Below are positions 54,340 to 64,000 of a DNA stretch of 64,000 bases, piece by piece. This stretch comes from the human T2T-CHM13v2.0 reference genome, Homo sapiens. Numbering within the stretch: position 1 is the stretch's first letter; every line of letters begins with the position of its first letter. The stretch lies in the NCBI RefSeq assembly GCF_009914755.1, contig NC_060939.1. The stretch is one strand, 5' to 3'. The position numbers and the translations under genes were made by a program. The notes under the pieces are model-generated. The model was not told the DNA's origin. It was given only the letters and a program-made list of their open reading frames with translations, and ran no database searches.

Positions 54340-56327
54340 TTAGAATGAGCTTCAGACAACTCAAAAGACTCCACCCTTTCCCCAGCGCCTCCTGCCAGAG
54401 GAAGCATGTGTCTGTGACTTGAAGGCATCTGGAACTCACAAGGTGAGGCTCGTTCTTCCCATGTCCTCTCTCTTGCTGCCTCCACACCTATGAGAACGAT
54501 CTCATCCCAACATGCCTGGGAAGGCCTATTTCTAAGGCACATGCATAAGGTGAATGCCTTCACAGCAAAATAAATGAGGCCTGGGATAGACTCTTCCAGT
54601 ATTCCTGCTGCCTGGGAAGTTGGTGAGACCCCAGCCTGGAGTCAGTCCCCGCCCCCATCCAGTTCCCCAGGAGAGGCTGACAGCTTGGAGTCGGGTGAAG
54701 CCCTGCAGTGCAGCACCAAGTCTGGGTCTGAACTCTTCACCTGTCCCCAGTCCCTGCCCCATCTTCTGTCCTCTCTGCCAATCTTTGCTGAAGCCCCTGG
54801 GTTCCCACTGAGCTTATGAATCAACCTATGATCCATGATGGAAGGGCCCAGCTGGACACAATGCCTTCTCTAAACAGATTATCAGCGGTGGGAATTGAAG
54901 GCACTATGCAAGGCTGATAAGACAGATCTTTGGGAACAAGAAGGCCTTGAAGTGCTTCTGAAATATTTTTCTTCATTCATTCATTCAGTCATCAGAACCT
55001 ATACTTAGGGCCTCCTCATATCTGGGCATCGTGGCATGAGCTGTGATGCGTGGGGTGGGGGGTCCAAGCAGGTACAGTCCCTCTGAAGGAGGGAGAGAGA
55101 GAGAGAGAGAATTGCTAATCATGCAAATAAAGGATTGCAAGCTGTGGTAAAAGCCAGGGAGGCCAGTGCAGGCTGGCATGAGCACGCAGCCCTCAGGACT
55201 GGGCCCAGTGGGTTGGCAGTCAGTGAAGGATTTCCTGGAGAGCCGAGGGCCCCGTGGGAAGCACGCTTAGGGCAACAGCTCCCGGCACTGAGAAGGCTGT
55301 GAGCGGGGACCTCACGGAGCAGTGGGGAGCAGGGCCACTGGCCTCCCTCCCCTGCCTCGGAGCCTAGGGTGGTGGGGAGCGCCACTGCTGGCCCATTTGG
55401 AACTCCCAGCCTCCAAGGCCTGGCTTTCTGTGGGGGGTGGCTTTGACAAAAGCATCTTTGAGAAAGCATCAAAGAGACCACAGCAGAGAGAAAGCAACCC
55501 CGCTGCAGGGGAACAATGCCGCAAATCCTTCGCTCTGGAAACTCTAAGACGGCTTCCTGGGGTCACTAAATTCTGTGTAAAGGGTTCCAGGAATGCTTTC
55601 AAGACAGGCAGTCAGACCCAGGGAGATGAGCCCAGACCCAGTGTGGTCATTGGTGCAGGGTGAGGGTGGAGGGGGGGGCACTGGGGAGGAGGTGGAGGCA
55701 CAGAGCCCAGGACAGGGCAGTGGAGGAGGAGCAGGAGGGGTGGGCTCCACATTGAGAGCCTGCACACTTCCTCCAGGAAGCCCTCCCTGCAGCTTTTCTC
55801 TTCACCGGGTAACCACCTATCTGTCATGTGCCCTAATGCAGGCATCAGGGTTGTCCTTGTCACCCAGCACTGCAGTCCCTCAGGCCTGGCCAGGCAGAGG
55901 CCCTGGGCCTCGCCCAGTGGATCAGGCACTCAACTATGCCCCTGGGAGAAGAGTGCATGCACGTCCCCTGAGCCCTCTCCTTTTCCCGGTGGGGGACAGC
56001 ATCTGCTGTTGGATCTGGGATGATCCTCTCCAGGCCTGGGTTGGGGGTACCGAGAGGGAGGATAGGCATGGGATGGCGGATATGACTTACAGGTGCCTAC
56101 TCTGCTCAGGAGCAGCGGCGCAGGACGACTGGGCAGACTGCATGGGAGCCCTGCCTCATCCAGGGTGGGCTTCCTGCAGAGTCTCTGGCTGGACCCCCAA
56201 GGCTAGGGCCACAGCCCCATCACTACCTGGGTCTCTGTCGTCCCATACTGTGGAAATATAGCAATGTTTTTTTCTCGTTCTAAGTCGTTCACTACGTGTG
56301 ATTAACTTTTATATATTTGGACTTTCT

Positions 56328-57177
<850 letters not shown>

Positions 57178-57784
57178 CATACAGGGTCAGGCCCCAAGTT
57201 CTCAGATGAGACTAGGAAACGTGGTGTCTTTTGTATAAGCCAAGCGCGAGCAGGACTGAAGAACAGGTGAGATGAACTGGGAGCCTGGGGTGAGGTCATT
57301 CAGGTCACGGTCTCGCGCCCATGGAGAAGCCACATTGTGCAGTTGTCCTTAGAGTTCCCACGTGTGGCTCACCAGGGCCATCAGGCGAGCTCCCGCAACG
57401 TTGAAAGCCACTGTGCAGCCCAGCACTAGCCATTGTGAAGCTGCTCCTTATGGCACCCTTCCACATCGTGGACCCCTCTGCAGCACTGGCCCCAGCACAC
57501 TTCTGTGTCTCCCCACATGACAGCCAGTCCAGCCTCGGAAGGCAGCTCTCGAAAAAGCTCCCTGAGCCATTACTGCCACGCACTTAATGCACCCAATTCC
57601 TTCCGTTCCTTCTCGGACACGTTCTAAGGCTCCAGGAGAGCTGCTCACATCAGATTGTTTCAGGAACTGAAATAGGCACTGTGACCATGAATGCTGCTGC
57701 TCTTTCTGGAACCCCACAGCTTTGTGTCTTCCTACTACCTATAGCTACAACAAATAACCACCATGATTCTCACTATATCAGTGA

Positions 57785-63232
<5,448 letters not shown>

Positions 63233-64000
63233 AGGCCTATACCTTTCATCTTGTGGACTGAGGACTTCAGCCACTATCACTCCCGGGTGCTGCGATGGGG
63301 TTTAATTTCCAGTGACTGGCCCAGAGCCTGCTCATGGGAAGATCTCAAGGGAGGCTGTTGAAGGAACAGCATGCAACTTACCGGCCCACACACGTTCACA
63401 CAGATGGGGGTGGGGGTTTGAGGAGGTGGGGGGTGTTGTGTGGATCAGCTTCAGGCACAGGTGTCTGGTTTCCTATGGGATGTGACCACATAACAGTAAG
63501 GCAAGAAGATGACTGCATTTATCTTCTCAGAATCACTTCTTCTTAATTGTTGCTTCCCACTATTGGCATTGGTGAAAGGCTGGGCCACAGGAGGCTGGAT
63601 GAACTTTGTGTTAGCCAGGTAAGCAGAATGTCTATGCAGGTGGAAAGTAGACAGTGAAGGTGTGCTCATCTGAGTACGGAGGGGCATAGGTCAGGAACCT
63701 CGTTGGCCTGCCCTGGCCTTTGCCCCTTTGTTTGGCCCTGTGGCTACAAAGCTCCCCTACCAGGAGCAGCCCCCACTGGCGGCTCTGGCCCTGGAAACCT
63801 GTGAATGTTTGGTGGGGGCAGGGTGTGGAGAGGCCAAGTCCACAGTGTATCTAACCCTAGTCCATCTCAGGATTCGGCTTCCCCCAGCCCCTTCTCCTTA
63901 GGGTCTCAGCTCGGGCCCTCAGGGCAGCAGGAAGATGCGCTGTCCTCACTCGCAAGTCCCCCTGCCCTTCTGTGCCTTCTGGCCTGGGCAGAACTTCCCA

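Noticed and set aside
55593-56261. 222-aa ORF
   Set aside because: Non-ATG start, no recognisable domain, GC-rich intergenic sequence

Overview
Primate (almost certainly human) genomic DNA: Alu/L1/LTR-rich and built from segmental-duplication pieces. The combination of a HERC2 5' fragment and a GOLGA6L gene fits chromosome 15q11-q13, most likely the GOLGA6L7 locus near BP3 (placement from recognition, not a search). Main contents: (1) a CMC2 processed pseudogene (- strand, split by an Alu), head-to-head with (2) a duplicated HERC2 CpG-island promoter with exons 1, 2 and 4 but no recognisable exon 3; (3) an intact 9-exon, 616-aa GOLGA6L7-like golgin gene (- strand) with a 21-nt coding VNTR; (4) a full-length SVA just upstream of that gene carrying a 49-nt 3' transduction; (5) a scrambled LTR8-like element interleaved with pieces copied from about 4 kb away; (6) an FTL processed pseudogene with a decayed iron-responsive element; (7) ERVL pol remnants, MaLR LTRs, MER DNA transposons and dozens of Alus. 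Nearly all ORFs in the supplied track are repeat-derived artefacts. I see no evidence for a wholly new biological system. The best lead is a mini-GM130 that keeps both tethering ends, has lost the Cdk1 site and has a VNTR-encoded spacer, in a locus flanked by an SVA and a convergent HERC2-derived promoter. Repeat subfamily calls and repeat boundaries are by eye and approximate.
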